Positions 1-12,679 of a stretch of DNA of 64,000 nucleotides are shown in pieces. Numbering within the stretch: position 1 is the first letter of the stretch; every line of letters starts with the position of its first letter. The notes beneath the pieces were generated by a model. The model searched no databases, was not told the origin of the DNA, and was given only the letters and a program-made list of their open reading frames with translations. Source of the DNA: Octopus vulgaris (Eukaryota); assembly GCA_951406725.2 (NCBI GenBank), contig OX597818.1, positions 32,302,001 to 32,366,000 on the forward strand, written 5' to 3'. A program made the translations under genes and the position numbers.

Positions 1-300
1 TAACAAACTTGATTGTCAATCTGTCTGTACTTTGTCACCTTCTCTCTATGCTGGTATTTTTTTTTGTCTTTGTGTTTGTGTCTGTCAGTGTCCATAATAA
101 ACAGGATTAGGGAGAGAAGATGTTAGGGAGGAAGGTGGAGAGAGAGAGAGAGAGAGAGACAAGAGAAAATACTGAGGAGAAAAGAAAAGAGCACAGAGAG
201 AGAAGTGTGACGACAGTCAGGCAGGCAGGCAGACTGACAGAGGGAGAGGAATAGATCAGAATCAAATGTGTGTGTAAGTGTGTGTGTGTATGTGAGTGTT

Positions 301-345
<45 letters not shown>

Positions 346-1496
346 AAGAGAGAGCATGAGAGGGTGGAACAGAGGAACGTACCGAAAGTGGAGGAATACA
401 AACAGATAAGAATGATTTATTGATAATGACACGCCAAAAAACTTACACACACTGAGTTGTAGACAAATAGAAAGAGAAAATTAGTGTATAAGTAAGCTTT
501 AGAGAAGGACCAAGCGAAAAAGCAGAGAGAGAGAGAGAGAGAAAGAAAACGAGAGAGAGAGAGAGAGAGAGAAGGCAGATCGGCAAACAAATAAATAATA
601 GTGATTTATAGCTAAATAATTAATTCATACAGATAGTGAAAAAAAAAAAAAAAGAAAAATACAACAAAAAAAAAGAAAAAATCTTCAAAAAAATGAAAAT
701 ATATAAAACATTGACTGAGAGTGAAAGAGGCGAGAGATGATGCGAGAAAAAGTAGGAAAGAAAGACGGTGGGGGTGGGTGGGTGGGTGGAAATGTGGAAT
801 CTTTCATTGCAATGCACTTCAAAGTTGTTCAAAGTTAGCCGCAAGCTGCGAAGAATTTATCTGTACTCAATGACCTCCCCCTAGAAAACCTGGTTCTTTT
901 TCTTTCGCCATCCTTGTAACACCACAGTGATGATGATAATAATTACGCTGCGTGTTGTGGCCAGATTTTTATGTCATTTATGGTTCTGCGTATTAAAGCC
1001 ACGTGCTTCTTCTCCTCATCGGAGTGTGGGTTTGGGGGGGGGCGTTGATCGTAAGGATGTTGTTGTTAGCGGCGGCATTGTTCATATTTGTGGCTGGACA
1101 AGCGATAGAAGTGTTTACTGGTGGCTGTGTTTGGTGTCCGTTTTGGGCCACTGATGCTGGTTTGTTATAAGAAGGTTAAGCAATCATATTCGTGGTGAAA
1201 ATTCGTGGCTTAAGTTGTTCTATGGCGGTTAGGGTCGGTCGTAGTGGCGGTGGTAGCAGTATCTTATGTTTTGCGGGTGTGTTAATTCTTGGTGGAAATA
1301 ATAATGGAATTGCTGTTGATGCTTATATATTACCGTCGGCAATAAAATTATTCTTGTTAAATAAACAAATAAGGGTTCCCTAAATCATAAATCGCATCGG
1401 AAATAGTTGAACGGTTAGTCTCTGTCTCTCCCTTCCCCCTCTCTTTGTCTGTCTGTCGGTCGGTCTGTCCCGTCCATCCATCCACTCACTCACTCA

Positions 1497-1498
<2 letters not shown>

Positions 1499-1568
<70 letters not shown>
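1499..1568. repeat. (CA)n microsatellite
   Basis: Pure CA run preceded by (CACT)n. Confidence 0.95.
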
Positions 1569-1569
<1 letters not shown>

Positions 1570-3570
1570 TTTCAGACACAAATTAATTGACAGTTACGTA
1601 GATAGATGACTGACTAGCAAGCAATATAGCCAGCTAGCTAAATAGCGAGTCAGATAGATTTACACTATTTGCGTCTATCATTTACACGTAGGTACGTTCT
1701 ATCATTACATAGCTATAGGCTCGTGTGTGCCGTCTGTGTTCGTGTGTGAGTGAGTTCGTGTATGTCTTCAATAAAATTTAAAGCGATTCAGTGAACCGTT
1801 TCAGGTAGTCTGAGAGGTAGTTAAAAGATAAAAGGGGGCGAAGAAACGTTTAACAAAGTTGATGACGGATGACGGTAAAGAAAGGAAGCTATGTAATATT
1901 AGAGAGATGGGTGTAAGAGAAACGTTAGAAAGAAGATAGGTTAGCAGCCAGGTTTAAACATGTGTCTTATATTGAATCCAAGATAACAAGAATCAATTCC
2001 CACCTTAGATGTTATTTTTAATGTTTAACATTTTCCATGGCGTCTTGGGCTAAATTTACGCATTTATATTTATATACTGTTATCTATACCGTCATCAATT
2101 ATAAATGGCGATCACTATTATAATGATAGTACTAGGGAGGTATTAGTTCGGTTGGTGGTAATGTGAATTACCGTAGTGTGAGGTTTTAAGAGTATTAGGT
2201 GCAACTTCTGATCTGTTCTCACTCTCACTAAGACTTGAAATATTTTCGCTAAAAATTTTGCTACATTACGGTTACCGATATTATTTGCCATTAGTCTGAA
2301 ATGAGTGTTGGTTGGCACTAGAGGAAGCAGAAGCTCAACTCACACGTTCCGTTTTCACTTAATGTCTTAAACAGCTCCGGAGAAGTTTTCAAGATGTACA
2401 TAATTTATAAATTATATATCAGTTTAAAGATAGAACCACATTATTCCCCAGTCAAAAAGTAGGCCAAGGGATAATTTAAAATTTAAGATTTTCGTATGTT
2501 TATATGGGCTGGGAGTTAGGCATGGCCTTGTTACGTGGCTGGTTGTTCACTTCGCAATCACGTCATTCAAGGTTGGATTTCACTGTGCTGTATGTTTAAG
2601 CTTGTGTGGTACATGTTTAGAAGTAAGTTCTCCTCCAAGTTTTAGACACAGGATCATCTTTTGAGGTCCTTAAGGTACTAAAGGTACTACTACGCCAGAT
2701 CAGGGCTGAATAGAAGTAGCGGCGGCTTAGAGATAACTCGATACTCCGTAAAACACCTGAGCTTCGGAACTGTAGTCTTACCACTAAATACGGTCAGATA
2801 TCTTGCCCGGGATAGTATAAATATCAAACTTTTTAGCAAAACCATATTTTTCCCGTCTACCTCGTCTTTTCTTTCATTTTCATGATTCTGTCTTATCCCA
2901 TATTATAGCTTTTACACTACAATACACTTGCATGTGTGTGTATGTACGATATTCTCACACTGCCCATCTTTCTCTTTCCCGGCAAATCTCTCGTTCAGTT
3001 AGTTAGATATTATCTGTCGCCGTTACACAAATACACACGCACATTTCTGTTTCCTATCCTATTTCATTTTGCTAGAATATGGACTATTTCACTATGGGCG
3101 TAATCCTAGATACGCTATCAATTCCATTATTTCATTCATGGATGTAAGAAGATGGATGTAAGAAGACCTGCTAATCGGAGGCTATATAACTACAATTACT
3201 GTTTTTTTCGTTATATTTGAGATGATTCGATTTGAGTTTTTTTTTTATCAATGAACTTGATGCCAGATTTTGGTTCATGGGGAGGGTTGGCATATTGACA
3301 TACAATCATTCAGTAACATAAACTGCTGATTTCGTTGCCAAAGCCCTTCCCTAGTTTATTTATAATTAGTAGAGGGGTCGATAACTGACAAAAATGTATG
3401 AAGATTTTTTAACTATATGTAAATAAAGTATTACGCGTTAGGGTAAGAATTTTTATTGTGGCTATGTGAGTTTTGCTTTGCGTACGTCATTTATTTACTC
3501 CAATTCATGCGATTGGCACATTTTAGTTATTTCCCTCAGCTTATGCTATACTCCAGTATTCTAATATTGA

Positions 3571-3770
3571 TTTCAAATTTTGCCACAAGGCTAGGAGTTT
3601 AGGGGCAGGGGAAAAGTCGATTACGTCGACCCCAGAGCTCAACTGGTACTTATTGTATTGATCCAGCTAGGATGAAAGGCAAAGTCGACGTCGGTGGAAC
3701 ATGAACTCAGAACATGAAAGAGCCGGACGAAATGCCGCTAAGCATTTTGCTCGGTGTACTAACGATTCTG
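3571..3770 (-). mobile_element. SINE family A copy (first of a tandem pair)
   Basis: Reads aagtcgattacgtcgaccccag...ggatgaaaggcaaagtcgac...tgaactcagaac...gacgaaatgccgctaagcatttt, as in the other A copies in the window. Confidence 0.85.
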
Positions 3771-3950
3771 GCAAAAGGCCAGCAATTTCGAGGGAGTAAG
3801 TCGTTTACATCAACCCTAATACTCAATTCATATTTATTTTATCGACCCCGAAAGGATGAAAGGCAAAGTCGACCTCGATACAATTTGAACTCAGAACATA
3901 AAGACAGACGAAATGCCGCTAAGCATTCTACCCTGCATGCTAACGATTCT
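3771..3950 (-). mobile_element. SINE family A copy (second of a tandem pair)
   Basis: tttatcgaccccgaaaggatgaaaggcaaagtcgacctcg...tttgaactcagaac...gacgaaatgccgctaagcatt; directly abuts the previous copy. Confidence 0.85.
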
Positions 3951-4768
3951 AATATTCTAATACTGATAGATGTTTACATTTTATTTGATCAGATACTAAT
4001 CTTTCAGGAAGGGAAATAGTTGTGAAGCAAAAGTCTTAGTGTTTCATATAATTATCACATATATAGGACATGTGTAGTTCTTATTTAAATCGATATAGCT
4101 TTACTGTGAATCTTCTAAATACACACCAGCACAGCCTCGGTAATCAGACACATTTGTTAACAGGTCACATCTGCCATTCTGATTCTCGAATGAATGTAAG
4201 CAAATCTGTACATTAGGATTTTTTGCTCGGAATGCATAGGATTTTCCTGTAAAATATAAATAATAAAAGTATAAAATTTGACAATTTAAGTATTGGTAAT
4301 TAAAATAGCGTGTTGAAAATAGACATGCTAACAAGATTAGAAAAATGAGAGAGAGGCGAAAACCAAGAACATGATTATTTGGTATGATCAATAGACCTGA
4401 TTAAAATATAAATAATTCTATAAATTAGCGAAAGGAGGAAAGTGATTGTGACAGCCCTCCCTAATCTCGATGCAGTCAATATTTCGCTTGAGCCTATCAT
4501 GGCAGTCAATATTATTTAGAATTGAGGGAATTCCAGAATGCTGCAATTTCTCTCGTTCTATCTTCTAAGTATTTTAGGACATAATTTCTCTTTGCGTCTT
4601 GTCCTATAAACACGCCTTTGTCCTATATACACACGTCTTGTCCTATCCGCCCCAGAGGTGCGCGACCTTTATTGTGTTTGTATATTGCGTATTTTATTTT
4701 ATTTGTACATTTATTTTTTACTCGTACACACTACCTATGTCGTATTTGTGTTTATATGTCGAGTTATA

Positions 4769-4981
4769 TACTCTTTACTCTTTAATTTGTTTCAGTCGAA
4801 CAAATCGACCCCAGGACTTATTTTTTGTAAGCCTAGTATTTATTCTGTCGGTCTCTTTTGCGGAACCTCTAATGTTACTGGGCGGTAAACACACCGACAT
4901 CGGTTTTCAAGCGATAGTGGGGGGGGCAAACACAGACGCATACATACATCCATACATACATCCATACATACACACGCACAT

Positions 4982-5016
<35 letters not shown>

Positions 5017-5322
5017 CAGGCTAATACATGACCCACATTAAACTCCTCGCTCGTGTCACGATCGAACCAAGAGTTTAACTATGGTCTGTTCTTAGCACTT
5101 ATTTAGCCTTACCTGACACTCTTTAGGTCTTCTAGATACCAATACCTTTTACATAATTATATACGACAGGCTTCTTTCAGTTTCCGTCTACGAAATCTAC
5201 TCGCAAGGCTCTGGTCGGCTCGAGGCTAGAGTAGAAGACACTTGCCCAAGGTGACACGCAGTGGGACTGAACCAGGAACCATGTGATTTGGAAGCAAACT
5301 TCTTACCACTGAGCCACACCTG
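4769..5322 (-). mobile_element. SINE family B (tRNA head, CORE-like accttgggcaagt motif, internal microsatellite), with internal insertion and tail deletion
   Basis: Colinear with copies at 32415-32824 and 43060-43503 (aaatcgaccccaggactt...cttctttcagtttccgtctac...agaagacacttgcccaaggtg...cgcagtgggactgaacc). Extra ~140 bp at 5018-5158. Confidence 0.9.
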
Positions 5323-7029
5323 ATGTATCACTCAATACTTTTTAGAAGAGGCCATATATATCATAATTTTACAAACATACTTTTGACGTTTCGTCCTGCT
5401 AGCCATTGTCAAACTGTATTAAACCCAGGTTCCTTTTGAATTTATATAGTCTATTTGTGTATCTATCCAACACAAACCAGAAAACGTCAAACAGTAGCGA
5501 CTTTTGCTGTTACACTCTACCTCATGTTCCTTAAACATTTCCCTAAAAACTGAAAAAGATGTCGCAAAAAATTTTGCATTCAAATTTTGTCTGCGATACT
5601 GAAAGCGGAATAGAAATAATATGACATGGGAGAATGCAAAACATTAGTTCTAAGATGGAGGACCTAGAGAGCATATTTGTGGGAGAACTTGTGGCGCAGA
5701 GATACATGTAGGAAAGTGTTTTTGAAGAAAGCGCAACTTCGAACAATTGTGGGCAATTTCTTTATATTTCATTTTAATGTTTCTCCACTCCTGTGCAACG
5801 GCTCAAGTATAAATACTAAAGTTATAAACCGTTAAGATGAAGTAAAATCTAAACGCAAGCAATATTCGTTGTTGCTCGGAAAATATGCCAAGTTTCAGAA
5901 TCGGATTTTGCTAGATGAAGAGTTAACTATATTTTTGTTGAACAGATTTCGATTGGGTGATTTGAAAACTATATTTACACTCTAGATTTAAGCTAAATGT
6001 AGATAGATATTCTACCATGGAAGCAGTGAAGTTTGATTTTTTATTTTATTTCATTTAATGAAATGTTGGATGTATCAAAAAGATATTTTGCTTTTCGCTA
6101 TGAAAATACCAGCGAACAGCAGAATATCTTTTTGATATATTCAGGTTCCATTCATATCGGAAGACAAAGTTATGAGACAAGTCTGTATATATACATGCAA
6201 TCATTGGTATGTATGCGTGTATGTACATGTGTGTATGCATAATATACTCACGAACATGGACATACACACATATATGTACATATGCACGTGTGTATATGTA
6301 TGTGTCTGAGTGAGTGTTTGTACTTTCGTGCCTACATCCATGTGTGTTTACATATATTTAGATATAATGTGAAAGTATTAAAGCTATCAATCTAAGAGAA
6401 TAACAAACAACTATCAGTTAAATACCGAATTCATACTCCCGTGAGACCTCGGGAATGAAGCAAAGAGCCTAGAAAAGAACGAAATCCTTAAGACTTAGCG
6501 CATTTGGAATATCTTTAGAAAGGGATTCGGATCGAGTTTCTGCTTTTTAAGAGATTTAGCCTCGAAAACCAGTTTAGCGGATAGCTAGAATTCAGCCGCG
6601 AGTCTGTTTAACATTTCAAGTACGTATATGATCGGATCACGCAGTTTTCGTTTTAACTCCTCCTCACGCCCCCCATAGCTGACAATGACCTCCAGATGTG
6701 ATGTTATTACAAGGGAACTTAAAATAAAAGGCAGAGATGATCAGGATGAACTATATATCATAACATCAGGGAAGCACTAGCAGAAAAAAAATTAATAACA
6801 GGAACAACTAGTGTAACAAGCTATAACTATTATATTAGTAGTACTAGTTGAACAACATCAAACGATATACTTCCTAACAGCTAAAGAAGGGAAAGTGAAA
6901 ATAGCAATAATAATAATTACAGTGCAAGCAAATACATATATATATATATGTGCATGTGTGTGTCTGTTTAAACTTGTTTATATGTGAATGTGTGTTTATG
7001 TTTGTGTGTTTATATATCTATCTATCTAT

Positions 7030-7107
7030 TTATCTTTATATATATATATGTATATTATATATATATATTTATATATATGTATATATATATATACATATAT
7101 ATATATG

Positions 7108-7149
<42 letters not shown>

Positions 7150-7217
7150 CATATATATGTATATATATATACATATATATATATGTACATATATATATAT
7201 ATGTACATATATATATA

Positions 7218-7255
<38 letters not shown>

Positions 7256-7310
7256 TATACATATATATATACATATATATATACATATATATATATATAT
7301 CTACATATAC

Positions 7311-7342
<32 letters not shown>

Positions 7343-7392
7343 ATACATATATATATACATATATATACATATATATATATATACATATATAA

Positions 7393-7437
<45 letters not shown>

Positions 7438-7449
7438 ATCGCAATTTGA

Positions 7450-7487
<38 letters not shown>
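7030..7487. repeat. Long degenerate (TA)n/(TATAC)n microsatellite
   Basis: Directly visible; source of the YIYI ORFs. Confidence 0.95.
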
Positions 7488-7489
<2 letters not shown>

Positions 7490-8842
7490 GAGTAGCAATA
7501 AGTGAAACGATAACAACAATAAATGTTATATTGAAGTTAAGCTGTACTAAAAATAACAATAGATAAAAACCGAGAACAATGGCGAGAATGCATTTGAGTC
7601 AGTAGCAACAACTAACGCAATATCGGCAATTCATATATAGTCGCAGCGTTAAGAACAACAATATCAATATCAATAGCAAAAATAACAATCATCCCATCAA
7701 CAAGATAAATATAAAAAATGAAACATATTAAAAATAACAATAACAAATCTACTTTCCTTATTTTACTGACTGATTATCTCAATACTTTTGGCAATCTTCT
7801 GTGACGATATATATAGCCTCCATATTGTAACTTTTATATGTATATATTCACTACTCCGCCAGATACCTTCAGCTTTCTTTGTGTTTCACTTTCACCTTCC
7901 TTCTTTCCTGCCCCCTCGTAATCTTCCCCTCCTTTTGCATCTCTGTTTGGCGTTTCCTGAGCGCTTGACTTAATGTGTTAAAAAAAGGTAAACAAAATAA
8001 ACATTTAAATAAAAAAAATAAACTATATATATATATATAAATAAGAAAAATAAATCTGCTAAAACATCAAGCATTAATAACTACACCAACTATAAAAAGC
8101 CAAACGAACCAGCAAATAATTCCAACTTCCTCTAAAATATTTAAGTATAGAAACCATTTGGATCCCTACCCTTTTTGCTTTTTGTGAGATATCGTTGGAA
8201 AGTATTAAAAACTCGCTATACCGCATGGTTCTCGGTTACACAAGTTGAAACTCTATCCAGCGACAGTCTTGCCTTTAAAATGCTGCAACATTTGGGAGTT
8301 TTCGTTAATTTGATAACGTAACATTTTAAGTATCTAATAAGTCTTTTTTTTTTTTCTTCGTTGGTCTCTTAATTGCAATCACATGAGGCAATGGTACAAA
8401 ACAAGTGAGTAGTGGTGGATTAGTAAGGATAGTGGTGGCGGTAGTTTTGGTAGGAATGCCGCTTTTGATTGAAGTAGTGGAAGCTGCTGTTTAAGTAGCT
8501 TAGATTAGGGTTATGAGTGTTGGGTGGTGACGTGGGAAAACGAGCGAGAAGAAAACTAGGGCAAAGATTGAGTTGTAAGTGTGCGACATTATGTAAAAGA
8601 ACGGACGGAGTTCAAATGAATTATTCGGGTTTTCTCTTCGGTAATTAACTTGATGAAAAATACACCATACTTTTCATGCGACGAGCATAAGCTCAATCAC
8701 ACACACACGCACGCACGCCCTCACGCAAATTATATTAATCTACCAGACACGTATCCGTGTATCTGTGTACTTGTATTTAGATATGCAGAACTATGTATAC
8801 ATTATACATACATAATGTGTAGCGGTGCATATAATATGGTAC

Positions 8843-8886
<44 letters not shown>

Positions 8887-9225
8887 GTTTATGCAGAAAT
8901 CCATTCGTCACGCATATTGTTAATCCAAATTTTAGTACACTTTCTCAGCATACGTAGGTTATTAATCCGTGCTCACAGAAGCGATGAGCTACAACAGTCT
9001 GTCCACTGTGTTTGGTATGATGGTCTTCTTGCTGGCAAGCTGCATGTTGCCCGTATGTGGGCTACATTATGTTTATTGACTAATTGAATTAAAAGCTTAG
9101 GTGATCAGTAGCCTGAATCCTAGGGTTAACGGAGCTCTTTCTATAAACATCAATCCATCTTGAGATCAACAATTGGAGAATCAAAATACGTATTGTTATA
9201 ATTTTATCAATTGCCATACAACTAT

Positions 9226-9407
9226 CGAAGGAGATTCTAATTCGTCTCTTAACTTACTACGTATATCTATAAATCTCTCACAAATAACTCGCCGTCGTCT
9301 TTAAAATAGTAACAGAGGGACACTAGAGAATGTAGGTCCAGACAAAAAAGACGGGATGGACATAGCTGGAATGTATTTGATTACAGATCTATTCAATCAG
9401 TTGACGT
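9226..9407. mobile_element. Old dispersed repeat family F copy (class unknown)
   Basis: ggacactagagaatgtaggtccaga...aaagacgggatggacatagctggaatg...ttgattacagatctattcaatcag resembles, in reverse orientation, 34725-34980 and 54955-55150. Confidence 0.5.
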
Positions 9408-10229
9408 AATACTAAACAGCAACGATCGCAATAGTAGAACGTCAACAATAGCCATACTCTGGGAAGTTGAGGTCGCAGTTTCCTCGACTCCACTGCCAAG
9501 ATATATCGTTTACTGAATCTTATTCGATTATATCGACTAGAATTTTGTTTGGTACTTAATTTATCGATCTTGTATGTTACGGAAGACAAATCATCTATAT
9601 CAGAAATGATGAATTTTCTCGATAGTCTATTGTTCTGTGTTTAACTTGGGCTTTTAATCTCACTATCCTCAAACATCCTTTCGACGAGACTAAATAAAGT
9701 AATGCATTAATTTTTATAAAATCATTTGCTGTCTTCCTACATACATATCTACACATACATATAAGTGTGTATGTATGCTTGTGCATATGACTAGGTGTGC
9801 AGAAGAGCTATTTATGAGCAACTTTGTTCCTAGAATTAATGTTTTTTTTGTTTTTTTTTATGTCTGTTCTCCTGTCTATCCTTTTAGTGAAGCTCTATTC
9901 AACTTCTTTTCAGCCCACACGTGGCTACGTGCGTGTGTACGTGATACTTGTTTACAAAACAAGTTTTGGAAAAATTTCTTTCCTCGACTCAGTACTATTC
10001 AATTTACGTTTTTCATTGTATACAAATTGAATAACGTTTCTCTGCTTGCTTCTAGTCTTCATTAGACACACTGTATATTATTGACTTTTGCATTGGCACA
10101 ACTCTACAAATATCTAGGTGAGGGTTATAGTTGATTAGATGGTCCTCAGTGTATAGCTAATACGTATTTTATAGGCCACTGACGGAAGAAAAGCAGTGTC
10201 ATTATCAAATTAAATTTGAACTTACAACA

Positions 10230-10512
10230 TAGACGGACAAACTAAAAGAAGCCCGTCGTATATATGTATATATGTATATGTATATATATGTGTTTGTGTG
10301 TCTGTGTTTGTCCCCCCAACATCGCTTAACAACCGATGCTGGTGTGTTTACGTCCCCGTAACATTAGTAGTTCGGCAAAAGAGACCGATAGAATAAGAAG
10401 TTGGCTTACAAAGAACAGATCTTGAGGTCGATTTGCTCGACTAAAAGCGGTGCTCCAGCATGGCCGCGGTCAAATGACTGAAACAAGTGAAAGAGTAAAA
10501 GAGAGAGTAAAA
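10230..10512 (+). mobile_element. SINE family B, 5'-truncated
   Basis: agacgg...aagaagcccgtcgtatata...gtttgtccccccaacatcgct...ggtgctccagcatggccgcggtcaaatgactgaaacaagt and (gagtaaaa)n tail. Confidence 0.9.
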
Positions 10513-11853
10513 CCTAATCAATCCAAAAAGCCAAACATTTTTGCCAAAATCATGGAATTTGTGGAGGAAGAAATATCTGGAAAGCCGAGTCTGCATATTT
10601 ACTCGATTTCCAGCTGCTGTCATTTCTCTTTTCCTCTGTCTCAGTTGTGCTTTTGAGAAAGACATGAACAGCAAATACATTCATTCCACTTATCCTTATA
10701 TAGGGGATTTCTTTTTTTTTTTAAAGACTATCTTTAATATAATATCTGTTAACTCTTTCTTACACTTCATACTCAAACCGCTTTTAAATCCGATTGTCAA
10801 CCACATTGTTGTCTATTAATCGTCATCACCGCCGCCATCACCAGCGCCACTTACTTTTACAACCTACATTAACAGCATCATCAGCCTTTTCTCTTTTGTA
10901 AATTGTTCTTGCATACACTCTGTTCTGTCACTCTCCAACTTTCATTTACTTTCATTTTCCCACTAACTCTTCCTGTCTATGATAGCATGTTTTTCTGCTT
11001 GTTTTTGTGCAATCTGCATGTTTATTGTTTCTGGAAACGTTACGGATCATACATTACTTCAGCCTACCTTCACTTTTCTTTCTTATGCAATGTGAAGATC
11101 TGACGGTCTCCTTAATGCACTTCTTGTATTAGCTAAGATTGGCACATAGCTTATCTTTTCAAAGAGCATAAGATCGACTCAGGACTTAAAGACCATCTAT
11201 TTTACAAAGGCAAACAAAAAGTTGACGTTAAGTGTTGCTCACGTGACTCTTAAACGCGTCACTAAAGGGTAAGGTGTCGGAGGGAAAATTGTTGACACAC
11301 TGCCGGAAATTTTCCATCTAACCACATTGTATTGTATATTTGACAACGCTTTTATTGCAATTATTATAAAGCTGAGGAGGAAAAGGTTAGCAGTGAAGTC
11401 GGAAGAACTTCTTCTAATGCTTGTGTATACGTGTGTGTGTGTGTATGTGTGCGTGTCCTTTTTTTGCGCAAGTCGGCACCTTTGCGTACGTGAGTGCATG
11501 TGCACCTGTTCAGTTGGCCCATCATTCAATTATGTTATGTATATGTGGTTTATGTCGTAGTTAAAGATCAATCATTCATAATTAGGCATCATATAAAACA
11601 ATCTCTAAAATAATAGAATAAATTCTAGCTATTTAGTCCTGCTCTTGAGCTAAAGAATGAATTAATTGACTTTACTAATAATCCGTGAGAACAACAACAA
11701 AAGGCCCGCATAAAAAAGTAAGAAAAAAGAATTTAGAATTGAGCAATTCCCTATTAAAAACGTCTTAAAACCTACTAGAAAAAGGTATGCGGTGTAGAAA
11801 ACAGCTTATTGTAAACGACGCCGTTCAGCTGAAAAATAACAAATATATATATA

Positions 11854-11918
<65 letters not shown>

Positions 11919-11944
11919 ATTATTCAGCTGACCGTCGTTTCGGA

Positions 11945-12337
11945 GTGATCAATAATACGGGACCTCGTAGCAGGTTGAAGAAATGTAATTGTAGAGAGCC
12001 ATCAGAATGTCCTATTAGCGGAAATTGTCGCCAGGAAAATGTAGTTTATAGATGTAGAGTTGAGGCTCAAGGAGGCCAGAGAAAAATATATATTGGAAGC
12101 ACAGTAGACTTTAAGCAGAGGTATCGATACCACCTGAGATATTTCAACAATTCTAAATATAGGACCTATACAACATTGGCATTACATGTTAATGACCTTA
12201 AGGAAAGGAATGTTGAATTTAAAATATCATGGGCTATCCTTGCGCATGCCTCCCCTTATAAAATTGGGTCCACTAGATGCGCCATATGCATAAGAGAGGC
12301 ATATACTATAACAACAACATGTCTTACTATATATTAG
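11945..12337 (+). pseudogene. Penelope-like retroelement GIY-YIG endonuclease fragment (possibly Naiad-type clade)
   Basis: Translation shows CNCR-x4-CPxxGxC, the GIY-YIG pair (NVVY...IYIGST), FKQRYxxH and downstream TxL...LK...IxWxIL...Y...CxxCxxE. No RT domain upstream and the C-terminus is truncated. Confidence 0.85.
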
Positions 12338-12339
12338 AT

Positions 12340-12500
12340 GCAACGAATGGCTCTCTACGTGTACGCTGGACCTGTTAGAAACTCAGCCATATCTCCATCA
12401 TATTACATACTACTTTCTTCAACGGAGATGGACACAGTAGACAAACCGATATAGTCCTAGATATGCAATATCTAGGAGAGGCCGGGATTAGTCTCGGCTG
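12340..12500. mobile_element. Family F repeat copy
   Basis: caacgaatggctctctacgtg...ggacctgttagaaactcagccatatctcc...ggacacagtaga...tagtcctagata matches the reverse of the 55084 repeat unit and of 34725-34980. Confidence 0.55.
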
Positions 12501-12520
12501 ACACCTCTTTCGTTATATAT

Positions 12521-12679
12521 GTCTGCGCGTTCTGAGTTCAAATTCCGCCGAGGTCGACTTCGCCTTTCATCCTTTCTGGGTCGATAAATTAAGTGCAAGT
12601 TGCGTACTGGGGTCGATCTAATCGACTGGCCCCCTCCCACAAAATTTCGAGCTTTGTACCTAGAGTAGAAAAAAATTAT
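12521..12679 (+). mobile_element. SINE family A (A2 tail), 5'-truncated
   Basis: cgttctgagttcaaattccgccgaggtcgacttcgcctttcatcctttc...actggggtcgatctaatcgactggccccctccc...tagagtagaaaa. Confidence 0.9.

Noticed and set aside
3714-4019. ORFs containing RPRKDERQSRPR (also 12488-12748) as a repeated protein motif
   Set aside because: Antisense translation of the SINE-A central domain.
5543-5760. Possible decayed transposase fragment
   Set aside because: Short, stop-interrupted frames with no motif I could recognise.
6988-7559. Overlapping YIYI-rich ORFs (likewise 27309-27911, 47724-48665, 62423-63045)
   Set aside because: Microsatellite translations open in several frames on both strands.
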